A DNA stretch of 64,000 nucleotides from positions 8,992,001-9,056,000 of the forward strand of contig CM052832.1 of the NCBI GenBank assembly GCA_028534125.1, in the 5' to 3' direction. The translations under genes and the position numbers were made by a program. The notes below the pieces were generated by a model. It was not told where the DNA came from, made no database searches, and saw only the letters and a program-made list of their open reading frames with translations. This document shows, piece by piece, positions 24,301-37,696 of this stretch. How positions within the stretch are numbered: the stretch's first letter is position 1; every line of letters starts with the position of its first letter. This stretch comes from Lama glama (Eukaryota).

Positions 24301-27300
24301 TACATAAGTCCAGGCAGACCTCATTTTACTGTGCTTCATTTCATTGTGCTTCGCAGATATGGCAGGGGTTTTGTTTGTTTGTTTGTATTTAATACAAATT
24401 GAAGGTCTGTGGTGACCCTGCATTGAGCAAGTATACCAGCACCATTTTTTCCCATCAACATTTGCTCACTTCATGTCTCTGTGTCACATTTTGGTAGCTC
24501 TCCCAACATTTCAAACCCTCCAGCGAAAAGATTATAACTCACTGAAGGTGTAGAGGATGGTTAGCATTTTTTAGCAATAAAGTATTTTTTAATTAAGTTA
24601 TGAACATTGTTGTTTTAGACTACAGTATAGTGTAAACATAACTTTGTATGCCCTGGGAAGCCAAAAAACCCGTGACTTTATTGTGATACTAGCTTTATTG
24701 CAGTGGTCTGGAACTAATCCACACTGTCTTCAAGGTGTGCCTCTAAATATATATATTTTAGTAAATACAAACACATGTACATACGTATTCACACTATATT
24801 GCATATGTGTATAATGTAGTTCAGCTAATCTCCGAGACTACATTTTCAAAGTTGATCTCAAATTGAATGCTGCTTGTAGGAGACCAATTTATTAAAGTCT
24901 ATGTGACTTTAGAACTGCTTGTAAAATCTCAGATAGGTTTGGTCTTTCCATCATTTTCTGGGATATCTTACTCCTTTCTCCAGATAACTGGTGCTTTAAA
25001 ACTAACTTTAGATTCTATTTGGGGTGATGAAAATGTTCTGGAATTAGAGAGTGGTGATGGTCGCACAGCCTTGTGAATATACTAAAAACCATCAGGTTGT
25101 ACATTTTAAAGTTAAGCATGACTTTTATGACATAGTAATGATCTCTCAATTGAAAACGAGACAAAACTAATTTTAACATCTGTCGCCACCTCATCTTTTC
25201 AGGTGTTATTCTGAACAGTCTTCACTGAAGTGTCACTGGTCCTCTCCCATGTCTTCTAGTCGGTGCGCGGCAGTAGGCAGCACCAGCGTGTGGATGGGGG
25301 TCAGGCAGTCCTGCTCTGTATCCCAGCTCTGCTACTTACATGCAGACTTCCTGGCTGTGTGGTGGTGGGCAAATTATGTAACTAAGGCCCTCATTCCTCA
25401 TTCGAACCAGGAAAGCAGTGGCACTGAGTGTAATCAACCACGTAAAGCACAGCAAATGTAGCTGCTGGTAGGAGTAGGTATGGTCAGAGGTGAGTTTTCT
25501 ACAATTTTAAACTATGTTGGGAAAATGTAATTCCTGAAGTTTTTCTTTCTGAATTGGTAGCTGTGACCTGCGGAGTTTTAAGAAACAAATGTGCTTGGTA
25601 GTGGAACTTTACCATGGCGTCTTCCAGGAGCAGGCATCTGTACTTGTTAAGCATAGCTTGGGTCCTTTTTAGGAGCTGAGTGGCAACTGTTTCAAATTCA
25701 TTGTCAACTTTAAAGAGAGAGAGAGAAAAAAAAAAACAGTAAGAGAGCGTAAATCACCCACTAGGTTCTTTATTCCTTAGGATTAAAGTGCAGTGCTCTT
25801 CCACTGACTTCCTTCCAACAGCATGAAAAACTGAAACCGCTGAGACAATGAGTCCTACTGGTGGGCTGGGCAGACCAGTTTTACAGAATGACACCAACTA
25901 GTCCATGGCATCGTGCAGGTCATGGTACTGTGGCTATGTCCTTTGTCTGTCAGTCTCAAAGGCCTCATATTTTCCACTTCACTCTTCTCAGAGCCTCCAC
26001 GCCCCTGGACACTGGATGTGGACACTCTCCCTGGGCCTCTGTCCCAGGGAGGGGAGGCTCACAGCAGACTGATGGCTGCACTCCGATCAGAGACCCCGGT
26101 CTCAGGGAGCAAGACTGGCAGCAGCTGAGGGAGGGACTGAAGCGGTGGAGGGGACCAATGGGGTCAAGGTGGGAATGGTGCTGAGAAGGAGGGGAGAACC
26201 CAGCAGCACCCCATGAGAGGCAGCAGGGCCAGGCGTCAGAACGGGCCGAGTTCTAGGTTGGGACAAGGGGACCTTATCTCTAAAATTTTTACCAGTTTTC
26301 TGATGTACAGCAATGCCGTGGACTCACTTTGGAACTTCAAAGAATGCTCTTCGGGAGCTAGTGTCTACCTAATTCATAAAACCGGCAGTAACAGCTAAGG
26401 GTATGCATTCCGCCTAAATGCAAGGACCGTGCCTAGATCACCGCGCAGGCCACCCCGTCCAGGGCCATCCTGTCCACAGCCAGCAGTCCAAACAGGGCTC
26501 TGGATTCACTGCCCACAAATCTGTCCTTAAAATACTCTTTTGGGTATCCTTTCACGGAATGGTGAGAAGACCAAGTCACAGTCCTAAACAGGGACTGGGA
26601 AATCGAGTAAACTGGGAACGTGTTAGGTCTGTGATGAAAAACAGTAACCTGGCCACCATCTGGGGGCCACGTGGCTCCGACTCTTCTGTGGGGCGTCCCC
26701 AGGAGGGTGTCTGGTGTCAAGGTGGCACTCTGGGCTTCCAGCCTGTTTACCTTTCTTCAGGTCTTCCTCCGAGGGCATGGAGCCCTGGCACACGTGGTAG
26801 GAGAGCAGCCTCTGCACCGCGTCACTCAGTGAGCGGAAGTGACTTTTGTCAGGTGTCACAGCGTAGGCTTGGTCCCTCTGTAACTGCTGGAGAATGCTGG
26901 AAAAGAGAAATTGCCAGTGTCACGTGCAGTCATCGTGCAGCACGATGGTCGTTTGCATGCAAAGACAATGAGACGCATGGGAGTGTATCATTCATAGGAC
27001 TGCAGTTCTGTTTTTCCTTCAGTTTTATACTTTGTACAACATGGTGGGTTTACAGTTTAATCTAACCATCTGTACTGGGGACTCAAACTATGACCCTGGT
27101 CTCAAAGCACTGCGTTCCCACCAGCCATTCAAGTGCGGACGCTCACACAGACCTTGGCAATGCCTGACCACTGGCCGGCTAAGCTTATGGTAACATTTCT
27201 GCTCTGGACACAGGAGCTTATCAGACTGTGCTCCTCCTTGGAGAAACGTAGGCCAATCAAAGGATATGTGGTTGCTAAAAAGACAAAGAACTATTCTCCT

Positions 27301-30300
27301 TAAGAACAGAAGGGTAAACAATAGGCTCAAACGACATTTGCCATATTTATAGGTCCCTAACAGAAACAAACTACAGGGAAAGAAATCCAAAGTATATTTT
27401 TTAAACATATATGATTATAACCTGACTTCTGTTGTATGTGTATTTTTAATTTTCTATTGAATGTAGTTGATTTACAATGTTAGTTCCAGGTATACAGCAA
27501 AGTGATGCAGTTATTGGCTTCTGCTGTATATTTGTTGAAGGTTAGGAACCTAGAAAAATGTTCAGAATGAGTCATTTGCGAAGGTAACTCACAAAGCTCC
27601 TTTCGTTAGCTGTTTTGCAGCAGGCCTCTTCTGTCCTCCCGAATGACTATCCACCTAAAGAAGAAACACACCTCTTATTATTCCCTTTTGTGGGAAAAAT
27701 AAGCAGAATACAGTTACACATAATGGACACTATGTTTCAAATGTTTTCAACTCCCCATCAAGAGCAGATTCTAAGAATGTAGAATTTGATGCTGAAAAAG
27801 AAAACAAGGAGCCCACAGACCATGTAGCAAAGTGGCAAGATTGTAGAAAGCTGTACTATCAGTTCCTGAAAGGACTCGGCTTGTGCCTTAAAGCCTCGAT
27901 CCCCAACTCCCTCTGCAAATGCTTCATTATATTTTTGAAGAAATATATTTGTAAGTACCAACTCCATGAACATCTGAAAATTCAGTAGATATCCCCTAAT
28001 GCATCTTCTCAGCAATAAATAAGGGAGCAAACACTTTTGTGCTCCTGTTAAATCCAGTCCAAGTCTGTGATCCAGCAGGGCATTTCTTAGATCGTGTTAA
28101 GGAATAAATATGCCTTCTGCCAGAACCTGAGAACTGAACCAAACCCCTCACTGAGTGCTCCAGGCAGGCCCAGACTATCACAAGTTTCATTCAACTAGTA
28201 ACTGGTAAGTTTGATGGAGAAGAAACTAAGGACTTAGAAAGCTGAAAACAAAAATTTTTTTCCTTCTTTTTTAGACCAGTGGATGGGTTAAGAGATCATA
28301 GGGACTGACTGCTTCATACATTCCTGCAGGGGAAAAAAAAAATCCCCTGTATAACTAAGAGGAACAGAGCCTCTTTGATGGGATAATGATCATCATCATT
28401 CAGCAGTAAACTGTGTTTTCTGAGTGCCTACTATGTGTTGGCTGCTGGCATATTATTAATTCATGAGGAAATGACAGCACTGTAAACATGCGAGAAACAG
28501 AACAGACACATTCATCCCATAAACGTTAGCATAACAAGGCCTGGCCAGCAGAGAAGGTCTTCAGTGAGCACTTCTGTGGCACTGCGATGGGCTGACTGCA
28601 GATGACACCAGACAGAAAGTAGCAAGCAGAAGGTGACGCGACCGCCTTTTCTTTCAGTGATGCTGAACATTCAGAAGAAGCTATGCCAACTGTCCTCTAC
28701 CTGCACAGCTGGCTGGCCAGGAGATGATCCAACTCCTTTTTCCTGCTGTGGCTGTGCCGTTCCTAAGGACGCCGGTATAACTTTGCTTCCAGAATCCTGC
28801 CCTGTTAGAATTAACACATGAAACAGTGTTCAACAGAAACAGTAAATCAGGCTCCTTGTGGAACCCCTAGAGTCCAAAGTGCACAAATTACTGAACATTG
28901 TGGAAGGGATTTCTTAACCTTGGATGCCTGTGTGAGCAAGGAGAGCAGGAAGTACATTTACCTACCAAAGCTCGAGAGGCAGAGGTCAGGATTACAAATG
29001 CCGATTTAGGTGACAAAGAGAAGTAAGTACATAAATAAATGGTAATAAATAAAAGCTGTCAATGCTACAGTTTCAAATTACTTAAGTCTAAGGAACTGGT
29101 CTCAAGCCAGTGATCTGTCAGCACTACCGAACTCCAAAACACAACTTAAGGAAAGGGAGGCCCAAACAGGGTACTGGCCGGGACAGTTCGTGCTTTCGGC
29201 ATTTCCAGTACTTATTGAGCAATGTAGGCATTCAAAGCTTTAGAAGAAATAGAAGACACGGCCCACGATGTTTTTTTTGTCTCAGGGGGGATTCTAAATA
29301 TACATATATAAAGCAAGGTGAGGAGAATTACAGAGTCACACTGCATGTAGTACTAGATTTCATTGTTTCTAAGCAGCACATCTTTTTCCACATCATTTAA
29401 CATGTCATAATTTAAACAGAAGTGCTTTTATTTCTTATTAGTATATAAAATGATGGTACAGAAGGATACAGAAAGAAGAAAGGATCAGAGTGGAGGTGAG
29501 GCTGAGTGGGCAAGGTGCAGAATGAGGGGTGTGTGAGGAGGCTCTGGGCCACGGGGACAGGACAGACTGAGGACCACCGACAGCGAGGGCTCCTGACCTG
29601 GCAGTGTGGTGCTCAGGAGGCCGGGGATGGGTGCTTGCCTCAGGCCATCTGCTGTCTTGGGAGCAGAAATGGGGGATGTCTGATTCAAACTTTTTTTCTG
29701 AGCCTGTGAAAAATAATGCCAAGATAGAAAAATGACTTTCATGACTTACAGCTTTAGCAGATTACTTAAAACACCAACCAAGCCTGTCAATGACTATCTG
29801 GCATCACCTTCAGGTTAGATTATAAAACAAAAGTTTAAAAACATGATTCTCCTGTCACACTGAGAGAAGTGCAAAAAGTCCCCTTGACAATCCACAGGCA
29901 GGCTGAATTTTCTCGACGCCTTTCAGGAGGGCTGCTGAGTTGATTGATACCACATTGCTTTCTTGCTCCCGGAACTGCTGTGTTCATGGTGCTCAGATGC
30001 AAAGCTGGGCCTGGAACTCAATTTCTACCCCCAACAGTTTCCATCCTTGGTGGTTTTATATCACGCCTGCAAGGATTATGACCTCGACTACCAGTTCCTA
30101 CGTGGGGTCTGTAGGGACACTAAGCACAGATCAGGGCCAAGCACCACCCCCAAATCTACTGTCAACACTTGCTGCTTGCTGTGTAGATGACCTAAAGGAC
30201 ACTTCACCCCTGCCATCGGGGATGTCTCTAGTTCGTGTCATGACAACCTCAGGTAGCATGTTAACTGGGAAATGTAAATTAAACTGAATATTAGCCCAAG

Positions 30301-33300
30301 CAAAATATTATCAGGAAAATTAATCTGATGTTTAAACTGTAGTGTGCTGCTTTTCTATAAGTAAGGAAGATGAACTGTGAGATGTTTAAGGACTAACAAG
30401 TTCCCTTTGGCTCTAAAAAAATCTGTTATCTCTATAATGCATTTAAATTAGGGTAATAAAGGGTTTCTAAACTACTCCCAGTTTTTAATCCTCTATGTCA
30501 TTACTACTTCATAGTACAGTGAGTTTTCAGTTTTTCCTTCAGTCTTATAGTTTGTATATCAGCAGTGGATTTAGATTGAGTCTAACCACCCCCATGGGTG
30601 ATGACCTGTGACCTTGGCCTAAGAAAACGTTCCCACCAACCATTCACATATGGCCACTCACACAGACCTTAGCAATGCCTGACCACTGGCCAACTAAGCT
30701 CATGTTAATATTTCTGTTCTAAACAATGAAGTATTTGAAACACTTAATGATGTATTTGGTTCTCTTTTCTAATATAGAAATGGAAAGGGCTTTGACTTCA
30801 CCCAAGAAAGGCTGGCGGAGGTGGGAAATGTCCCCTCGCTCATCCTTCCGTTAGCAGGGATGGGACCTGCACCTGTTAGGTGCTGGGCAATGCAGCCTCA
30901 GTGAGACGCCCCTGGGCGGCGTCTCCCAGTTTTCACAGCATTTCTCCCAGAACAGAACTCCACACTCTCCTACTATAGGGAAGCTCTTCACAGGGGGGAC
31001 ACCATGCTGTGGGGACGCCTGGGGCAAACAATGAGCACAGGCCTTCCCCACAAATATTTCCAGGGATGAACAGTAAGAGCCACCTTGAATAAAAAACAAA
31101 CAGATAAAAGTTTGGAAAACACGGTCTAATAGGACAAAGCTATATTCTAGATGGGACTCTGGAATAACGAGATCAGCAAATGAACAGATGAACCAGGATT
31201 AATATGTTCAAATGATGGAAGCCCTCCTTCCTGGCAGTACTGCCAGGACACAGCATTTCTGGAATCTCTTTCAATATGCTGAGGTCACATGAAACAGAAG
31301 AGTCGCCCTTACTACCTCAGAGCACACAACTTTTTTTTTTTTAGATAAATCAATGGCATTACCCAGCCTGATTTCCCTCCTTATTTATCAGACATGACCT
31401 TGAATGACTCCTAGCGATCAAACAGATAAAATAAAACAAAGTACATGTATACATAAGAAATAAAACTGTAAGAAAAGCAAGGAAGAAATCACCACGAAAG
31501 TCAGGAGAGGGGCTGAGGTTAGGAAGGCACGTGGAAGGGGGTGGTTTCGGGGGTACTGGTAATCTATTTCTTGAGTGGTTACATGTATGGGTATTTGCTT
31601 TACAATTATTTGTTAACTGTACATTTATGTCTTATGCATTTTTCTAAATGTGTTTTTTCATAATACAAGAGAGTAAAAAGAAAAAAAAAAACTCTGAACA
31701 ATCTAATCGAATGTCAAAGCTTGAAAATTTGCCATCATTTAAGGGGATAATACACTGTTAAAAACAAGGTTACTAGCTGTAGGGACGCCTCCTCATTGTG
31801 GCCCTCCCCCCAGGACTAGACCATCTCTCCAGTTGTTACGCTGTCGGGTAACACGGAGGTCGACGGGGCGGGAAGGGCCAGGGTGGTGGCAGAACGGTAA
31901 TCCTCTGCGGAGCTTGGTTTGGCCTTCACACTGGAATCCCCTCCATTCACCAGGCCTGTATGTTTGGAAAGCTCTGCCACCCTGGGAACTGCTGTTTCCA
32001 GATGTTCGCTGCTCATGGGTGGCTCCCAGTCCTCTCATTTTCAGGGCAGGACTTTAGTCTGTCTGGTCACCGTGTATCCCCAGCACTAGAACAGGGCCTG
32101 GCAGCACAGTGAGCACATGGTAAATTGTTTTTAAATGAAAATAAGTGAGTGACTTCCACTGCAGCATTCGTCACAGGGGTCTGGACTTCCTCCCAGCCCT
32201 CCCCTCGTCCCCAGGAGCAAGCAACTTCCTCTCATTTTCCCCAAATTTAGGTTGCCCCCCAACTGACAATCTCTTCCAGAAATAAAATTTATCATTCTTT
32301 TTTTTTCTTTCTGAACTCTTAGAGAAGACTTGCTCTTGAAATATATTTTCTTTACAGATAAAGCAGCTATTTCAGGATATTTTGTTGAGAACTTGGCTCC
32401 AAGAACTCTGCTCATGTCAATGTATAATTTTAACTCTTTAGACCCTGTGCATTATCTTGACATCATGTGAATATACAGAAATCCCCCAATGCATCAGAAT
32501 ACTCAATATATCCCTCACCCTCTGTGGAACACTTTGTAAGACGCCGGCTACAAACTAGAAGGTGATTTTCATCAAGCGACATGTGTTTGCTGAATGCAGG
32601 AGGCCATCTGGGATCTTCCCTGCCCACACTCTCCTCTGGGAATTGCCCCACTGCCACAGAGATGGGTTGGAGCTGGCGTGGGTGGGGAACACAAAGGCTG
32701 TTACCTGCTAGAGGGCATTAAAAGCCAGAATCCAGGCAATAAGCATCTTTTCTCCCCATGGAAAAGTGCCAAGCCTGCCAGTGAGCAGCTCTGCCCAGAT
32801 GGGTGCCTTTTTCTGTTTCGGCTCAGAGGGGCACTTTTCCCTAATTTAACAAAGGCCCTACATGGAGCAGCAAGGGCTCCACGTGGCCACTTCCTCAGGT
32901 CACCTCCTGCCCCCTCCTCTGGTCAAGGGTGACTGAACCACGGGTGGGCCAATCAGATTCTCTCTCCTTGGATTTTTAGAATGGGGGGGTGGGGAGGAAT
33001 ACCCAAGGGCAGCGGTTGTCAAATGCAGGTTTACAGACTGATTGCATCAGGATCACCTCGGGGAGCTCCTGAAAGACAAAGTTTCTGGGTTCCATCCACA
33101 AAGACTGATTCAGAAATCTGATGCAGGTCTTTAGGAATCTGTAATTTCAGAAAGCCCTCCAGTTGATTCTGATGCACTGTGAAGTCTTGGAAACCACTGC
33201 ACTTGCCAGTCTCTGTTAAATGCTTGGATAATCCTGTGAAGCTGGCCTGGGGTGGGCACTGCAGTCCGGAAGAGTGAGACAGAACCTAAAGGAGAGAAGA

Positions 33301-36300
33301 GGCCGAGGGAACAGCAGAGCACCCAGCTTCTGACCCTTATAAAGGAACTACACTACACTCCTCCATGTCCTCCTTTTTCGCTAAACATGTTAGGGTGCGT
33401 TTTGGTAGCTGCAACCCAAAGTGCCTTGACTAAGACACCTGGGTGTCCACGGAATACATAGCACTGTGGAAACCACAGGAAGTCAGCCGAAGGCTACCAC
33501 ACAGTCTCCACCCTCTGAACGTTCACCATTCAAAAAACACCCAGGCCCACGGAACACGATCCATCAGTGCACCACATATGGTGTCCACCCTCAGCTGGGC
33601 CCTCATGCCTGACCATTTTCCAATGAATGCTATTTTCTTATCTTCCAACCTGTCAGCCAGGTGAGAATTCACCCAACTTTCTACCACCAGGGCTACCACC
33701 TTACCTGCATCCCCATTCATTCGTCCCTTCCCCTTCTCTTGTTACAATGGAAGAAGCATCTCTCCTTTTTTCCACAAAGAATCCCACCAGGGTTCTAGAG
33801 CTCGTGTCCTTCTCCTTCCCATCAGCTTTGAGTAAAGCTCAAGCCTTTCTCTTTTCTTATAAAACCACCCCCACCCCCCGACTCCACACACCCTGGAGCT
33901 GCTGCAGTGTCAGTTACCATCATTTTTCTGGAATTGTCTGTGCTCATCCCACACCTCCCCTCCCCTCAGTCCACTGCGATCTGGCTTCCACATGTATCAC
34001 TCCATGGATACAAATCACGCCAAGGTCAACAACAGCCTCCTTGTTGCTAAATGTGTCGGAAACATTCCAATCCTGACTCCCACCGACTTCCCAGTGACAC
34101 TCCAGTCCGTGGACCCCCGCCCTCCCACCTGCCAAGTTTTCCTTTTTTAGCTTCCAAAATGCTGAACGTACTGGCTTTACTCCTCCCTGGGAGATTCCAT
34201 GTTTCTCCCGTGGACTACTCTCTGTGTCCATCCAGTGCTTTGGGGTCCTCTTCTGGCCGCTTTTCCTCTCTCTTTACACACTCTTCCTGATCCATTTCAT
34301 CCACTCTCACTGCTTCCAGTGTAACAGATGTGCTGACCCATCCTACCTCAGCACACATTTCAGGCCATATCTCAGTGTGTACAGCTGTTCCCATACAAGC
34401 TGGTTGTCCCACAGGTACACTTGAACACATCTTAAACCAAACACAGAACATCCCTTCAAATCACAATTTCTTCCCATGTTCTCTTTTCAGTGAACCTGGG
34501 CGTCACTGGCAGGACCTCTGTGTCATCATATTTCTCCACTATAGCCAACCATCAAAAGTTCTATTTAACCTGCCTCAAATCCATGCACTGCTTACCATTT
34601 CTACTGCCACTGGGCTAGTCTGAGTTTTCCCTATTTCTAGGTTATGACACTGGCTCCTTAACGTGACATCAAGGTCCTGTATGATTTAGTGCTTGCTTAC
34701 CTTTCTCACCGAAATCATCACCTCTCACCTGAACTTGCTTTCCTTCCCAATAGAACCATGTTCTCTTCTCTCTCCAGGCTTTGCCCTGGCTGTTTCCGCT
34801 GCCTGAACATTCTTTTCTCAGACCCTCTCTTGCTAGATAACTCTTCCTTCTCTCTTAGTAGGGCTCCATCAGAAACCACTATTTCATGGATACCTGCCGC
34901 AACCATCCCATGTGGGTGAGAGGCTCCTCCTCGGAGCCTAGAGCTCTGGACTGCTTCCACCAGAGCACTTAAAATACTGTCTCATGGCTATCGGCTTCTC
35001 TGTCCGCCTCCTGCCCTGTGACTGACTGCTGTGTCCCTGGGGCCTGGCCCAGGGCTGGCCGTGGCAGGTACCAATATACTGCTGAATGAATGAATCAGTG
35101 AAGGAAACAGCCCAGTGACTCTGCACCTGGTGGGCAGTACAAACAAGAAGTGCAGAGAAGAGATCAGCAGAGGGACTGGAAAGGCTTCCTACTCAGGGCT
35201 TTGGATGCGCTGAGGGAGGGGACGTGTTTAGACCAGACAGGAAAGGACACTCAGTGAATACCATCAGCAAAGGCTTGAGGCTCAGGATGAGTCTGGCCTG
35301 TTCGGGGAACCACGGGAGTCTGGCCTGGCCAACCTGGAGGGTTTCAACTAGAGGACTTTAACGGCCAGGCCAAGGGTTTGTACTTTCTCCTTGGCAAGTT
35401 GGAAGCTCCCAGATGATTTGGGAGTCATCAAGCAAATGTTTTAGGGAGAGTAATGTGGTGGAAATCAGACTTAAGGAAGAGGCTGAAGCAGATCAGTCAC
35501 CCAGTGGTGTGGGGTCTAATGACAACACGGATGGGCCTTGGAAAACATCTAGCCCAGGGGTCCTCCTTCCTGGCTGCACTTTAGAACCATCTGGGGAGCT
35601 TCTGAAAAATGCTGATGCCTAGAGCCTTTAACCTGGACCATTTAAATCAGAATTTATGGAGGTGGAGTCCAGGCATCCACATTTTTACAAAGCTCCTCAG
35701 ATGATTCTGTTGCATGGCTAGGGTTCCTCATTTTCAAGAAGAGAAACCTATGGCTCAGAATTTAAGATACAATCTTAGATCACAGTCACTGGCAGGGTAG
35801 GACCTGCAAGTGAGCTGACTGCTAGTCCAACCCGTTTCCCTGTTATATTGCAGCCTCTCTCAGTCTGGCTCGGGGTATGGAGGTAGAAAGGAGAGAAGTG
35901 AGAAGCAAGAAGGTACAGACAGCTAGTAGGTGAAGTCTGCTTTTACAGCAGTGTGCCCACGCACTGGACCTCCGTCTCCCTGACTGTGAAATGGGAACAG
36001 TAATGCTACTCACAACCCCAAGGTAAGGACTAGAAATAATACAGATAGCCCCTGGCATGGACCAGTTGTTAATAATATAACCATTATTTTCATTATTATT
36101 GGGGAGAGTAGATATGAGACATTCGAAGAAGAATTTTAAGATTTGGCAACTTATTAAAGGTTTAGAAGGAAAGGAAAAAACAGGAACATCTTATTAATAA
36201 GAGGATTTTGAAGGCTGGTGTCTGAAACACAGTGGTTCCACAACAAGGTAGGCAGGCGGAGCTGGATGGGGAAGGAGTCAGGGAGGGGCAGGGCGGGCTG

Positions 36301-37656
36301 GAGACCAGTGCTGATCGCTCATCCAAAGCACGGGTAGTGCTGCTCTCAAAGAATCGAAAATCTACTAAATCTTTTAGTGATCTAAAGAGATTTGGACTTA
36401 AAATAATTTGCTTACTTTTGTTTGATAGGCTAAACACTTGCAAACTGCCTTCTTTAATCACTGACCTTTGAAATATTAATCCAGTTATAACAAAGTTTAA
36501 CCCTGTAAATTACTCTCTGCATTAAGAGATTTAAATTCACAAGGCTCCTTAGAGAAATGGCCGATTCTAGGTCTGAGGAAAGGTAATCACAATATCTTGT
36601 GCCAGCCAGTGCCCAAAGGAGGTGGGGATGAGTCAGAAGTATAGAAGCCAGCATAACAGGCCTCCTCTGACCCAATCTGGGACAATTTAAGCATCAAAAA
36701 GAATAAAAGCTATCGATTGCAACATTTAATAAAAGAAAACAAATGATCTTGCAGAGACACACACTAAAAAATTACAAATGAACTTATATGCCTGGCTTAG
36801 CTTCAAAATAATATTGGGCAAGAGAGACTGACTGGAGTATGGATGAAATAAGAGTAGCCATGAGTTGGTAAGCACTGAAGCTCAATGCACACAGGGCTCA
36901 CTACACTATCTTGTCTATTTTTGTTCATGTTTAAAATTCCCCATAATACAAAGTTTTTAAATGAATGCAAAAAAAACACTATGATTTCATAGTGTTACAC
37001 ACACACACACACATACACACGTGAGAAAGAAGAAAAGGCTCTAGTCAACAGTAGATAGGATAATATTAGAAAATTGTTTTGCAACCACTAATGTAATATT
37101 TATCAGTGGAGTCAAACCACTGGGTGAGAGGCCGGTAAGCAAGATAGTTATGTGGCCCCAAAGCACCATCCTAGAGAGCGCATTTTCCTCACAATGGAAA
37201 CAAGATACCTCTAAGTACCTGGAGGAGAAAGCTGGCGGGGGGCCACCTTAACCAAGCGATCACACCAGACTCACCCATAATGGGACAAACCAACTATAAG
37301 TGCCTTGTCAAAACCATTTAACATGAATCTAATCATGAGGAAATAATCAGAGGACACACTGAGGGCCACTCTACAAGACAACTGATCCAGGCTGCTACAG
37401 ACTAAAGATGTATGACAGTAAGTGAAATCAATGCTCTCTGACTGGTTTCAAGAGTGAGGCATTGTCATAAAGGACATTATTGGGTCGACTGGAAGAATTC
37501 TGATATAATGTTATTATATTAATGTTAAATTTCTTGGGAGTGATAGTGATGCTGTGGTTGTGTGGAAGAGGGTCTTTGTTCTTAGGAGATGCCTGCTGAA
37601 GAATTTGGGGGTAAAGCGTCATGCCATTTGCAACTTACTTTCAAATGGTTCAGAGA

Positions 37657-37696
<40 letters not shown>

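Noticed and set aside
26418..27065. 215-aa plus-strand ORF
   Set aside because: Antisense to BICRAL exon 8 in GC-rich sequence, with no recognisable domain.
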